Shown: positions 42,216 to 51,455, numbered from the stretch's first letter. The stretch: DNA of 64,000 nucleotides from Alkalispirochaeta sp. (GCA_965242725.1 CBDESZ010000012.1:32001-96000); one strand, 5' to 3'. A program made the numbers and translations. The notes: generated from the sequence alone by a model not told the origin.

Positions 42216-42845
42216 ATGAATGAAGCGCACGATAACTGGTTAAAATTCCTTAACCCGGAAGAACTCTATAAGAACTTTCTTCTATCATCTTTATTTATTA
42301 CTACGCATAACCTGTTAAAATCTTCGATAGTCGGAAGAATCCGATCTTTTTATAATTGCAGGTTTGACAGTACTGGTTGGCACACCGGAATTGACTACGA
42401 ACAAAAAGTATTGAGTCTCGACGACAAGAAAGACGTACTGCGTTCTTCCATAAATTGGTTGTTCGATATGCAAATCATCGATGAACTTGATAAGGAAACA
42501 ATTGAGAAGGCCAGACGTCATAGAAATGACTTAGCACACGAAATGCTAAAATATCTTTCTGATGTCAAACATGAAATCGACATCGAATTACTTCAATCGA
42601 TGCGTGACCTAATAGACAAGATTGAACGATGGTTCATCTTTGAAGTAGAAATACCCACGGAACCGGATATGACGGCGGAGGAGTTTAATTCTATAAATTG
42701 GGATGAAGTACGATCAATGACTATGCTTACACTCGATTACGTTCAATTAGCCATATTCGGAGATATTGAGACTACTTCCCGCATGTATGAACAATTGAAA
42801 GACACGTTAACGAAACGAAATACAAACGCTGAATCCACAGATTGA
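42216..42845 (+). CDS. HEPN-like cargo protein
   Basis: All-alpha character with RNDLAH (R-x4-H) motif. Confidence 0.55.
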   Translation: MNEAHDNWLKFLNPEELYKNFLLSSLFITTHNLLKSSIVGRIRSFYNCRFDSTGWHTGIDYEQKVLSLDDKKDVLRSSINWLFDMQIIDELDKETIEKARRHRNDLAHEMLKYLSDVKHEIDIELLQSMRDLIDKIERWFIFEVEIPTEPDMTAEEFNSINWDEVRSMTMLTLDYVQLAIFGDIETTSRMYEQLKDTLTKRNTNAESTD

Positions 42846-42885
42846 AATTGTCGTATTTCGGATACCCAGTTACCGGAATAATATC

Positions 42886-43002
42886 CTACTTCTTTTTCTT
42901 CTTCGGTTTGTCCGTCTCTGTAACTGTCGTTTTCGGGTGCTTTTTCGCAGTCCCTTTTTTAACGTACTGTCCAGTTATTGCGGATCGTTCTTTTTTCGCC
43001 AT
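42886..43002 (-). CDS. 38-aa highly basic peptide
   Basis: MAKKERSAITGQYVKKGTAKKHPKTTVTETDKPKKKKK*; GGGAGGG RBS. Confidence 0.65.
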   Translation of the reverse strand: MAKKERSAITGQYVKKGTAKKHPKTTVTETDKPKKKKK

Positions 43003-43185
43003 AAGTCTACCCTCCCATTGGATACTTAATGTCTGTATAGTACGCTAACAACCTGTATAGTTTTATGCAATAGACTACTAGAAAATATTTTTAAAAAAAA
43101 AACGATCACGTTATGAGTACTTTTCATTTCTGTATTGTAGCGAGGTCAAAAGAGATCCTTTTCCCTTTTCGTGTAGAATTCGGCA

Positions 43186-43527
43186 ATGAATCACACCTTC
43201 ATTCAAAACGCCCTTAAAGAGTACATAGAAAACACTCCCGCCCTGACCTACACCTTCACCAACCTGAAAACACGGAGCTTCAAAGCCAGAAATCCCCGCA
43301 CAAGACTAACCGGTGAGATCCGGCTAACCGGGAACGATCTTGACCGCTTTTTCCGCAAGGGACAAATGTTTAAGAGATCCGGCTTCATTGTTTTCATCAC
43401 TTCGATAGGAAAACAGGGAAATACTTTCGTTGTCAAATACAGATGCGACCTACCCGCGATATCGGAGAGCGCTATACCTTCACCGGCAGACACCTATACA
43501 TACCGTGTTCCGTTATTTGAGAGATAG
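43186..43527 (+). CDS. Hypothetical protein (satellite)
   Basis: 113-aa ORF, tightly spaced with next two. Confidence 0.55.
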   Translation: MNHTFIQNALKEYIENTPALTYTFTNLKTRSFKARNPRTRLTGEIRLTGNDLDRFFRKGQMFKRSGFIVFITSIGKQGNTFVVKYRCDLPAISESAIPSPADTYTYRVPLFER

Positions 43528-43534
43528 ATAATCT

Positions 43535-43735
43535 ATGGAGAATTACACAATCCAAAAAGGCCATAATGGGAAGCATAGAATCATCCTGCACGTTCCCATA
43601 GAAGAAACGAAAGACCGGGTACAACAATTACTTAATACCATGAGAGACGAATTCAAGGATTATCGAATTCAAATGTACAGTACCGTAGTAATAGACCGGG
43701 AATTCATCACAAATATCGACGTATGGAATAATTGA
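43535..43735 (+). CDS. Hypothetical protein (satellite)
   Basis: 66-aa ORF starting 7 nt after previous stop. Confidence 0.5.
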   Translation: MENYTIQKGHNGKHRIILHVPIEETKDRVQQLLNTMRDEFKDYRIQMYSTVVIDREFITNIDVWNN

Positions 43736-43765
43736 GTAATTCCGTAAACTTAAAAGGAAAAGACA

Positions 43766-43990
43766 ATGGAAGAATTACGAATTCAGAACCTTAAAGGAAC
43801 ACTATCGGGAGCCGCAAAAAGAACCGTACACGATGAACAAAAGATACCTATCAGGGAGCTGGAAACAGTCACGGTAGGGCGTGCAATCATCGTGCTACAT
43901 GAAGACAAAGCGGTAGACGGTTTTATTGTTATTGACGGGGAATTAAATCCATTGGTAGCAGGCAAGAAACCGGAAGATTACTTAGATTGA
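43766..43990 (+). CDS. Hypothetical protein (satellite)
   Basis: AAGGA RBS, 74-aa ORF. Confidence 0.55.
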   Translation: MEELRIQNLKGTLSGAAKRTVHDEQKIPIRELETVTVGRAIIVLHEDKAVDGFIVIDGELNPLVAGKKPEDYLD

Positions 43991-44244
43991 ATCAATGCAG
44001 AAAAGCCCCTTTCCGCTAGCCTAGTCCCTCGCAACTCTGACCGACCGCTACCGAGGGTATTTTATCGGTCCCCGACCGACAAACTACCCTAATGTATCAC
44101 AATTGTATATATATACAGTAATTATGTATAAATATGCAATATTAAATTGAACACGATTCCGGGACAACACCATACCCATATTGTACACCACACTGCTCCC
44201 TCCCGCTACCCCTCAAATTCTCCCCTGAATTCTTCCATATTTAT

Positions 44245-44272
44245 ATACTCGATAAGACTAATTATGTTATAT
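44245..44272. other. dif-like recombination site overlapping promoter of second recombinase
   Basis: ATACTCGATAA-GACTAA-TTATGTTATAT; 11-6-11 layout, right arm 10/11 identical to XerD arm TTATGTTAAAT. Confidence 0.45.
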
Positions 44273-44282
44273 ATGGTATAAT

Positions 44283-45116
44283 ATGAGTATGGAAAACAAA
44301 GAGATCACGACGACTAAAAACCATTTTGACCTTGAGACCATCCCGGCAATGTATCGGAGTGAAGCCCGTAAATTTATACAATATGTTGAGGAACACGGAT
44401 TCACGGTGGAGACCTATCAAGACTTTATAGAGAGTCTCCGGGATGACTACAAAGCCCGGACGGTCAACAAGCATATTGCCGCCTGCCGGTCTGTAATCCG
44501 CTCCATGTTCGACGATCCGAGTATAACGGACCTTCAGAAGTATCGGCTACAAAAAGCGCTTGAAACCGTCTCATACGTCAAACTTGCTCCCAGTGAAAAA
44601 CAGGTGACGGGTACCCTCTCCCCTGAAGAAGTGGAAACACTTGTGACTAGATCCCCTGCCCGTACTGCCCTTATCATTCGATTTCTGGCCGTAACAGGGT
44701 GCCGGGTATCGGAATTGACGGGAATTCGCCTCAATAAATGCAAGACGGATGGTCAGAAAGCGGTGATTCAGGTGATAGGCAAAGGAAACAAAGCAAGAAC
44801 AATCCGAATACACCTGAATCTCTATACTAAGATCCGCAAAGCGTTCCCCGGAGAGATCTTTCTTTTTGAATCGAAAAGCGGAAACGCCCTTAATACCCGA
44901 AATATTTACAAGGAAATTGTAAGACTTTCCCTGAAGCATTTGGAGGGAAAGAGGGTTACCCCTCATGACTTCCGGCACTATTTCGCCACTCAAAAAGGCG
45001 TTGAGACGGGCAATTGGAAAGGCGTATCTGAGTATTTAGGCCACGCCTCGACACAAACCACGATGGATATGTATGTTCATACGTCACTGTCAGACGCCGA
45101 TTTAGGCATAGCCTGA
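44283..45116 (+). CDS. Second tyrosine recombinase (Xer-like, no arm-binding domain)
   Basis: TGCRVSE, GKGNKAR, PHDFRHYFAT, LGHAS, MYVH; true start may be 44289 (leaderless after TGnTATAAT). Confidence 0.92.
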   Translation: MSMENKEITTTKNHFDLETIPAMYRSEARKFIQYVEEHGFTVETYQDFIESLRDDYKARTVNKHIAACRSVIRSMFDDPSITDLQKYRLQKALETVSYVKLAPSEKQVTGTLSPEEVETLVTRSPARTALIIRFLAVTGCRVSELTGIRLNKCKTDGQKAVIQVIGKGNKARTIRIHLNLYTKIRKAFPGEIFLFESKSGNALNTRNIYKEIVRLSLKHLEGKRVTPHDFRHYFATQKGVETGNWKGVSEYLGHASTQTTMDMYVHTSLSDADLGIA

Positions 45117-45495
45117 ATCTATACCCCCTCAGAATCCCCTCAGAACGTCACAGCGCCGTTCTAAGCCCGTCTAATGGTTTAGTGGTACTTCATAGTCATT
45201 TAGTGCCCGGAAACGGGCTTACAAGCTAAACTGAGCGGTGTATCTTTCGGACAAGGTTACTCGATGCGCTGAATTCGCTTTCCTAGCTAGGCCGCAAAAA
45301 ATCTTGTAATAAATTTTTTAGAATTTTTTACCGATAAGTAATTTTTTATCTAATATGGTAAAATTCACTTACTCTTTGGAAAGCGGTGGCGGGATGACCA
45401 CACGGAATAGGTCAAGGGGTTAAGTGCCATTAGTTTCCGCCTGTTCTGGAATATGCCCGCCACCAAATTCTTACAACGGAACGGACACGGAGAAT

Positions 45496-45924
45496 ATGGG
45501 CAGACCTAAAAGCGAATTTCTACAATCCAACGCCAGTACTCAAATTTCGATCAGTCGGGTAACCGCTTCCCATGAAGACGATACCGATGACGATATCTTT
45601 GACACTCCCATATCCCCTGAAGAGGAACAACGCGCCCTTGAGACCGTCCGCAAAAGAGATTACCGCCTACGGAAGAGAATATCCCAGCCCCAGAAAAATG
45701 AAAGCACCTTGAATGATTCCATGCTGGCCGTCTTCCAGCGTCACGCAATAGAGCTTGCAAACACTGAAGTAATGGCGTCAAAGGATATCCGTACCCTGAA
45801 CGGTCTCTATGATTCTATTTCCCGTGAATCCCGATTGTGGGAGGAGTTATATCAGCAACGAACGGAAATTAAGGAAATCGTGCAGCAACTCCGGGAGCTG
45901 GAAAAAAGCGTAAAGAGGATCTAA
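45496..45924 (+). CDS. Hypothetical protein, possible small-terminase-like / DNA-binding
   Basis: GGAG RBS; N-terminal MGRPK; helical/coiled-coil C-terminus; upstream of head genes. Confidence 0.4.
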   Translation: MGRPKSEFLQSNASTQISISRVTASHEDDTDDDIFDTPISPEEEQRALETVRKRDYRLRKRISQPQKNESTLNDSMLAVFQRHAIELANTEVMASKDIRTLNGLYDSISRESRLWEELYQQRTEIKEIVQQLRELEKSVKRI

Positions 45925-45928
45925 CAAC

Positions 45929-46216
45929 ATGGCTAGTACGCAATCAATAAAAAATAGAATCGAGAAACTAACAGAGGCGGACAAATCATGGTCCGATAGC
46001 GTGGAATTCCGCCCGCAATCAATGGGCCTACGGGTATGGCTCCTCCATCCTGACGGGTCTCGAGACCGTATCGTCATGAACGTGCCCGGAGATCCGCCCA
46101 GCGTAGAAAGCAGACATACAGGGAAGCGTCTCCCTATCGAACAATGGGACAGACTTTCAACGCTAGCAAAATCACAATGGATTAAGACGGGAACATACAG
46201 GCAGGACCGGAAATAA
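45929..46216 (+). CDS. Hypothetical protein (satellite head module)
   Basis: 95-aa ORF starting 4 nt after previous stop. Confidence 0.55.
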   Translation: MASTQSIKNRIEKLTEADKSWSDSVEFRPQSMGLRVWLLHPDGSRDRIVMNVPGDPPSVESRHTGKRLPIEQWDRLSTLAKSQWIKTGTYRQDRK

Positions 46217-46295
46217 ATAAAGGAAACAACCGCCCTGAGAGGCGGAAACAAAGCGGCAGAACCGCAAATCTAAACAGACCCCGGAGGGTACATAC

Positions 46296-46802
46296 ATGGA
46301 CACGAACGAAATCAGAGATTTCTTGAAAAACGATCCGGACGGTCAAGCGCTTTTTGCAGAGCTTACCGACGGATTGAAGGGAAATAGGGACCGGATTTTG
46401 ACCGAAAAAAAGAGTCTACAGGAACAGCTTAATGACCTTTCCGGTCAATTGGAAACCATTACGGACCAATTGAACAGGGAACGTCAACGATCAAATGAAC
46501 TGACAGCCCAGAAGGCAATAAACAGCGAATTTGACCGCTACAATGTGCCCCGTGATGTCCGCCCTATCCTTGAGAAACACTTTTCAGGTCTGGAAGGCCT
46601 TCAGATTGACGACAGCGGGACTGTCAACGTTGGTGAGACTGCCCTTTCTGAATACATGGATTCTTTTTTCATGTCGGAAGCCGGGAAGAGATTCACCACG
46701 GTACGAAGTGCGGGGTCTGGAAGCTCCGGTTCATACGGCACAACCCCAAATTCTGAAGAACAGAATTTCAGGGAAGCGCTCTCAAAATCACTTAGAAATT
46801 AA
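46296..46802 (+). CDS. Putative capsid scaffolding protein
   Basis: GGAGGG RBS; coiled coil, Gly/Ser-rich SAGSGSSG near C-terminus; directly upstream of capsid gene. Confidence 0.7.
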   Translation: MDTNEIRDFLKNDPDGQALFAELTDGLKGNRDRILTEKKSLQEQLNDLSGQLETITDQLNRERQRSNELTAQKAINSEFDRYNVPRDVRPILEKHFSGLEGLQIDDSGTVNVGETALSEYMDSFFMSEAGKRFTTVRSAGSGSSGSYGTTPNSEEQNFREALSKSLRN

Positions 46803-46813
46803 AGGATATTTAT

Positions 46814-47656
46814 ATGGCATTATCAGCAGCAATACCAACGATTGTCGGTGAGGCAATCCTTGAATCACTCCGGGAAAATCTCGTTTATGGAAGTCTTTTC
46901 AATGAAGACTACATCGGAGACGTGAAACCGGGCAACGCGGTCAAGATCCCCAGTATCGGGTCTGTCACAATCGGAAACTATACGGCGTACACCGACATGG
47001 ACGATGAAGCGGTTTCTGACAGTTCCCAGACTCTTAGTATCGATCAACAAAAGTATTTTTCCATCGTTATGGACGACGTAGACGCGGCAATGTCAAAGCC
47101 TCGCGTCATGGCGGCTTATGCGCGTGAAGCAAGTCACCAAATGCAGGCGACGATTGACAGCTATTTAGCCGGTGTACTCGCGGCAGGCGGTACGATTACG
47201 ACCGACCTGGGAGACGACACCACGCCGCTTGAGATCAACAGCGCAAATGTCGGAAGTACTCTCCGCCTGATTGCGCGTAAGCTCGATGACGCAAAGGTAC
47301 CCCGCGCCGGTCGTTTCGTGGTCGTTCCGCCTTGGATGGTAGAGGATCTTGTGTCCGCAAATATCACGGATAGCACCAACAACGTGGACGCTATCAGTAA
47401 CGCGATGGTTGCCCGTTATGGCGGTTTTGACGTGCTCATGAGTCATCAGGTGCCGAATACCGAAAGCGCAAAGTATAAGATTGTGGCCGGTACTAATCTC
47501 AGTGCTACTATGGCGCTGGCAATCGATCAGACTGAACTGATCCGGCACCCTACCCAGTTTGCCGACAAGTTGCGTGGTCTCGCGGTCTATGGCTCAAAGG
47601 TAACACGGGCGGCAGCTCTCGCGGTTGCTACCTGTAACGAGGCTGCGGAAGCGTAG
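46814..47656 (+). CDS. Major capsid protein (HK97 fold, P22-coat/N4-gp56-like)
   Basis: IPTIVGEAILESL, YIGDVKPGNAVKIPSIG, LSIDQQKYFSIVMDDVD, LDDAKVPRAGRFVVVPP, FADKLRGLAVYGSKV. Confidence 0.85.
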   Translation: MALSAAIPTIVGEAILESLRENLVYGSLFNEDYIGDVKPGNAVKIPSIGSVTIGNYTAYTDMDDEAVSDSSQTLSIDQQKYFSIVMDDVDAAMSKPRVMAAYAREASHQMQATIDSYLAGVLAAGGTITTDLGDDTTPLEINSANVGSTLRLIARKLDDAKVPRAGRFVVVPPWMVEDLVSANITDSTNNVDAISNAMVARYGGFDVLMSHQVPNTESAKYKIVAGTNLSATMALAIDQTELIRHPTQFADKLRGLAVYGSKVTRAAALAVATCNEAAEA

Positions 47657-47707
47657 TTAAACTAGTTCCCATTACCGCCCCCTGACCGGGAGCGGGAACT
47701 CCGTTCT

Positions 47708-47740
47708 ACCGCCCAGTGTCCAAGCGCTGGGCGGTTTTTT
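47708..47740 (+). terminator. Rho-independent terminator after capsid gene
   Basis: ACCGCCCAGTG-loop-CGCTGGGCGGT followed by T-run. Confidence 0.8.
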
Positions 47741-47928
47741 GTAACTGAATTCTGCGACTACTTGCAACCATGGTTGCAAAATGGTTGCAACTTCCCCGTA
47801 CTAATAAAAAAACAAAGAAGAACATAGAAGAACATAGATATTCAATAATTATCTACTATGTAACGGTTTATATCCTAACAATAAACAGATAGGAACATTG
47901 CGGAAAATATCGGAAAACGCCGATAAAC

Positions 47929-47973
47929 GCCTCCTAAGCAGTAGGTCACCCGTTCGAATCGGGTCCGGGGTAA
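47929..47973 (+). repeat. attR core (duplicate of tRNA-Arg 3' part)
   Basis: Identical to 39479-39523. Confidence 0.95.
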
Positions 47974-48019
47974 AGCGAACGCTCCGCGTTCGCTGACTCG
48001 AGAGAGAATGACTGACGTC

Positions 48020-48145
48020 TACTGAAAGCGCGACAGGCGAATCGAAAGATTCGCCGATAGCGCATTCGCGTTTTCCGACTCGTTGGGAAACGCTTACCTA
48101 TACTGAACGCGCGACAGGCGAAAGCGAAGCTTTTGCCGATAGCGC
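48020..48145. repeat. Two ~44-bp structured direct repeats
   Basis: tactgaa.gcgcgacaggcgaa...gccgatagcgc at 48020-48063 and 48101-48145. Confidence 0.7.
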
Positions 48146-48286
48146 CGCCAAACCCAAACAAACGACAGATGCCCGAGTTGGTGAACCGTGGGCGATTCAG
48201 GAGGTGGCGATAGACGGGGAACCACACCTCACTCTCCTCCTACACGCCAGGTGCGGAGCAACGGACCCGCTTTCAGCAGAGACCGC

Positions 48287-48766
48287 TCACCGCAGCTTGT
48301 GGAGTTCCTCAACCGCGGAGCGGGGGGAGAGAACGGGAACGGGGGAGATGCCGGTATAGTCGTCGGTATTGTCCGTAATAATTGCGCTCACGTGATGACA
48401 TCCCGCCGCGGCTACGACGTTCGCATCGTGTATCCTCTTGCCCTTCAGAGAGTGAGTCTCCACCAGAGCGATGAGTTCATCATGTATCTCTGCACTCTCC
48501 GGCAGAAGATGGGTCCGCGTACGGAACGCCCGAATGTTCCGTACGGCGTCACTCGTATCGAGACCGAGACCGTCTGCCTCCACCGGTCTGGTTGCCACCA
48601 CAAGATACTCCCGCAGGATCTGTCCGATCGTCACGAGGTGTACTCCCGCCCGGGCCGGGAGTCGAAACAGTTCGGTACACAGGGCGTGACTATTGCGAGA
48701 CCGATCCTTGGCGGCGAGCAGGACATTGGGATCGAGAAGGAGCGTATTACCGCGCGTCATTGTCAT
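48287..48766 (-). CDS. vapC: PIN-domain toxin (VapC)
   Basis: LLLDPNVL, QILREY, IHDANVVA, IITDN.DD acidic PIN residues. Confidence 0.88.
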   Translation of the reverse strand: MTMTRGNTLLLDPNVLLAAKDRSRNSHALCTELFRLPARAGVHLVTIGQILREYLVVATRPVEADGLGLDTSDAVRNIRAFRTRTHLLPESAEIHDELIALVETHSLKGKRIHDANVVAAAGCHHVSAIITDNTDDYTGISPVPVLSPRSAVEELHKLR

Positions 48767-48977
48767 ATATCTCCTGGCGAGACCACGGATCGTTCCGGCG
48801 GGTGCGCGTCATGACAAGAAGAAGGGGCTCGTCCATGTCGGGGGTCGGTGCATACCGCGATGCCTCTTCCAGAATTGCCTTAAACTCCCCTTGCACCGAA
48901 CGATGATGAGCCCGGGCAAGTCGCTGCAGGTCTTCCAACACTCGTTCATCGACATCACGTATGTGTAGCGATTTCAT
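48747..48977 (-). CDS. FitA-like ribbon-helix-helix antitoxin
   Basis: LHIRDVDERVLEDLQRLARAHHRSVQGE; overlaps PIN gene. Confidence 0.85.
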   Translation of the reverse strand: MKSLHIRDVDERVLEDLQRLARAHHRSVQGEFKAILEEASRYAPTPDMDEPLLLVMTRTRRNDPWSRQEIYDNDAR

Positions 48978-49111
48978 ACTGGTTTCATATTGCTACCATC
49001 AGAAATCTGTCAACGCGGACCTGAGGCGCGTCGACGCCTGCTCGAATCATTTCAAATAAATGGTATGAGTTCCCGAAATTTGCTACCCTTCTCCAATCAA
49101 GGGAGGCGACT

Positions 49112-49447
49112 ATGGCGACGGCGAAACTGCTCTGGACGACGGACAACAAAGATACCGCGTTGAATATGCTGTGTCTTTACGGACATAACGCAAAGCTGCA
49201 GGGGTGGATGGACGAGGTTGAGATTCTCGTCTGGGGTGCTTCCCAGAATCTGATTGCCCGAGATACGGAAGTTCAGGCAAAAGTAAAGGCAATGATAAAC
49301 GACGGTGTAAAGATCACCGCCTGTAAAAAGTGCGCCGAGAATATGGGTGTCGAGCAGGAGCTATCCTCATGCAGTATCGAGGTCTATTACACCGGAAAGC
49401 TGTTGAGCGAATGGATTAAATCCGGGGAGAGCATCATCACGGTTTAG
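49112..49447 (+). CDS. DsrE-family protein
   Basis: ILVWGAS, ACKKCAENMGV; GGGAGG RBS. Confidence 0.85.
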   Translation: MATAKLLWTTDNKDTALNMLCLYGHNAKLQGWMDEVEILVWGASQNLIARDTEVQAKVKAMINDGVKITACKKCAENMGVEQELSSCSIEVYYTGKLLSEWIKSGESIITV

Positions 49448-49544
49448 CAAAAAGCATATTCCTTCGGAATCTGTGTTATGCGATCCGGGCTCACGTTGCA
49501 TGTGCGCTCCATTCGATCTATGTTGATATGGAAGGGGGTATGCA

Positions 49545-50225
49545 GTGTTACGAGGACATGTATACAAGTTGACGGTCGGTGTCGTTCTGCTTTCCTTTAT
49601 CCTTCTTACCGTTTCATGCGCAACTTCACCGAAAACTCAATGGGTCGATCCCGACTATGACGGCGGGCCGGTCAGGAAGATCGTCGTCATCGGCATGTTT
49701 CGAAACCTCGCCAGCAGAACCGCCTTTGAGCGCGAAATCGTCGATCTCATAAATGCCAGGTCCGGAACACGGGCGGTTTCGAGCCTGGAATTCATGGCGC
49801 CGAACACGAAGTATGAATATGCCGCCATGGAATCCCGGTTCAGGGAAATGGGAATCGACGGGATCCTTATTATACGGACCCGATCAATTGACAACACCGC
49901 CGAGTTCATTCCCGGGGCAACCTATACCGTCCGGGAAGCGGTTCCGTACTACCAGTACCAGAATCCGTACTATTACCGATATTACGTTTACACCTATACG
50001 ACCATTCGAGAACCCGGGTACTACATGCATACGGCAATCGTCAGCACTGAAAGCACCCTTTTTCTGAATGGGAACGACAGGATGATCTGGACGATGGAAA
50101 TGAATACGACACAGAAGTACAGAACGATCGACGGTATCACCAATCCAGGACATGAAGCGCCGTTATCGGCGACGGCAATATTGAACGGTCTCAGGAAGAA
50201 CAGGCTGTTACTGCCCCGAGGCTGA
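49545..50225 (+). CDS. Hypothetical lipoprotein
   Basis: Lipobox LTVSC; Tyr-rich segment. Confidence 0.7.
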   Translation: MLRGHVYKLTVGVVLLSFILLTVSCATSPKTQWVDPDYDGGPVRKIVVIGMFRNLASRTAFEREIVDLINARSGTRAVSSLEFMAPNTKYEYAAMESRFREMGIDGILIIRTRSIDNTAEFIPGATYTVREAVPYYQYQNPYYYRYYVYTYTTIREPGYYMHTAIVSTESTLFLNGNDRMIWTMEMNTTQKYRTIDGITNPGHEAPLSATAILNGLRKNRLLLPRG

Positions 50226-50323
50226 ACGTACCGTAAGGTGCGACGGCGGGACGGGCTTTCCACACTGTAGCCGGTACATCCGACCCGGTGATCGGTGTAG
50301 AATACGCAGAATAAGGAGGCACC

Positions 50324-50527
50324 ATGATTCGTTTTATTTTCGGGATTCTTCTGGGAATTCTTATCATCATTTTTGCCGCGCAAAATACCGAGATCGTACA
50401 ATACACCTTCCTGGTCTGGACGCTCACCGCGCCTCGTGCCCTGGTTGTGATCGGCGTCTTCCTGCTCGGCCTGGTGAGCGGTTGGCTGGCGACCGGGATG
50501 CGTGTGCTCCTCCGTCGCAGCCATTAA
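50324..50527 (+). CDS. LapA/DUF1049-family small membrane protein
   Basis: IFAAQNTEIVQYTFLVW; AAGGAGG RBS. Confidence 0.8.
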   Translation: MIRFIFGILLGILIIIFAAQNTEIVQYTFLVWTLTAPRALVVIGVFLLGLVSGWLATGMRVLLRRSH

Positions 50528-50573
50528 CCTCCCCGGCACCCGTATCCCCGGTCACCGAGTCGGCATCGTTCAG

Positions 50574-51455
50574 TCACATTTTTGAAGCGTGTTTCATGAC
50601 GAGATATCCATACAGCCGTCGGGGAGTCATTCGGCCGATCAGGACGATGAGCCGGTTGGTCCAACCGGGAATGTATACGGGATTGCTCGTGCCGCGTCGG
50701 CGCGCGAGGTGGCGGAGAGATCGGCGGACAACCTCCTCCGCTGCCATCCATCGGACGATACCGCGATTACGACGTGCCTCCGCAGTCCATCCGAGTCGAT
50801 CATGAAACTCTGTGTGGGTGAATCCCGGACAGAGAGCCTGTATGTGCACACCCTTCTGGGACATTTCCGGCTGAAGGGCCAGGGCAAGCTCCACGAGAAA
50901 CCGCTTGGATGCGGTGTACATCGCCTGTTCCGGAGCGGGAAGAAACGCCGCAATCGACGAGACGAGAATAATCGACGGCGGCAACGGAGCGAAACCGAGT
51001 TTCGCTTCCGATCGGGGATCCTCACTACGGGACGCGCCGGATACGATCCGGGGAAATGCGGCGGAAATGAACTCAACAGCCGATTGCATGTGCACGTCTC
51101 CCATACCGACAACGTCGTCGGTAGAACTTTCCAGGAAGGAAGCAGGTAAGCCGTAACCGGCGTTGTGGATGAGTATTTCCAGATCGTCCCGCCCTGACAA
51201 TTTATTTCTCAACGCCTCACGGACGTTCCGTTCGCGCAAGTCTCCGATGACCGTTTCCACGTGCGGCCTCTCCGGAATGTCGTCACTTCCCCGAGCCGCG
51301 GCGATGAGTGCCGAAGTGTCTCCGGCGAGGTCCGCCAACGTATCACGCCGCCTCCCCGAGATAATTAAACGGTACCCGAGACGGGCCAGGGCGATCGCGT
51401 AAGCCTTCCCGAGTCCGCTGGTCGCACCGGTTATACACGCTGAGGCGCTTCTCAC
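50574..51455 (-). CDS. Short-chain dehydrogenase/reductase
   Basis: ITGATSGLG, HNAG, VSS, YTASK, CPGFTHTEF. Confidence 0.92.
   Translation of the reverse strand: MRSASACITGATSGLGKAYAIALARLGYRLIISGRRRDTLADLAGDTSALIAAARGSDDIPERPHVETVIGDLRERNVREALRNKLSGRDDLEILIHNAGYGLPASFLESSTDDVVGMGDVHMQSAVEFISAAFPRIVSGASRSEDPRSEAKLGFAPLPPSIILVSSIAAFLPAPEQAMYTASKRFLVELALALQPEMSQKGVHIQALCPGFTHTEFHDRLGWTAEARRNRGIVRWMAAEEVVRRSLRHLARRRGTSNPVYIPGWTNRLIVLIGRMTPRRLYGYLVMKHASKM

Larger units (their letters stand above)
39479..47973. mobile_element. tRNA-Arg-integrated element, probable capsid-encoding phage satellite
   Basis: Identical 45-bp repeats at 39479-39523 and 47929-47973; abrupt AT-rich composition; integrase, xis, Rep, capsid genes. 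Confidence 0.92.

Noticed and set aside
39479..47973. Complete prophage
   Set aside because: No portal, large terminase, tail or lysis genes between intact att sites
47929..47973. Second tRNA gene
   Set aside because: Only the 3' part is present; it is the attR duplication
48020..48145. Hammerhead ribozyme (CTGA...GAAA)
   Set aside because: Core CUGAnGA is not matched (CTGAAAG / CTGAACG) and the required stem arrangement is missing
48287..48977. vapBC pair as cargo of the satellite
   Set aside because: Lies outside attR and has host-like GC; an ordinary type II TA pair
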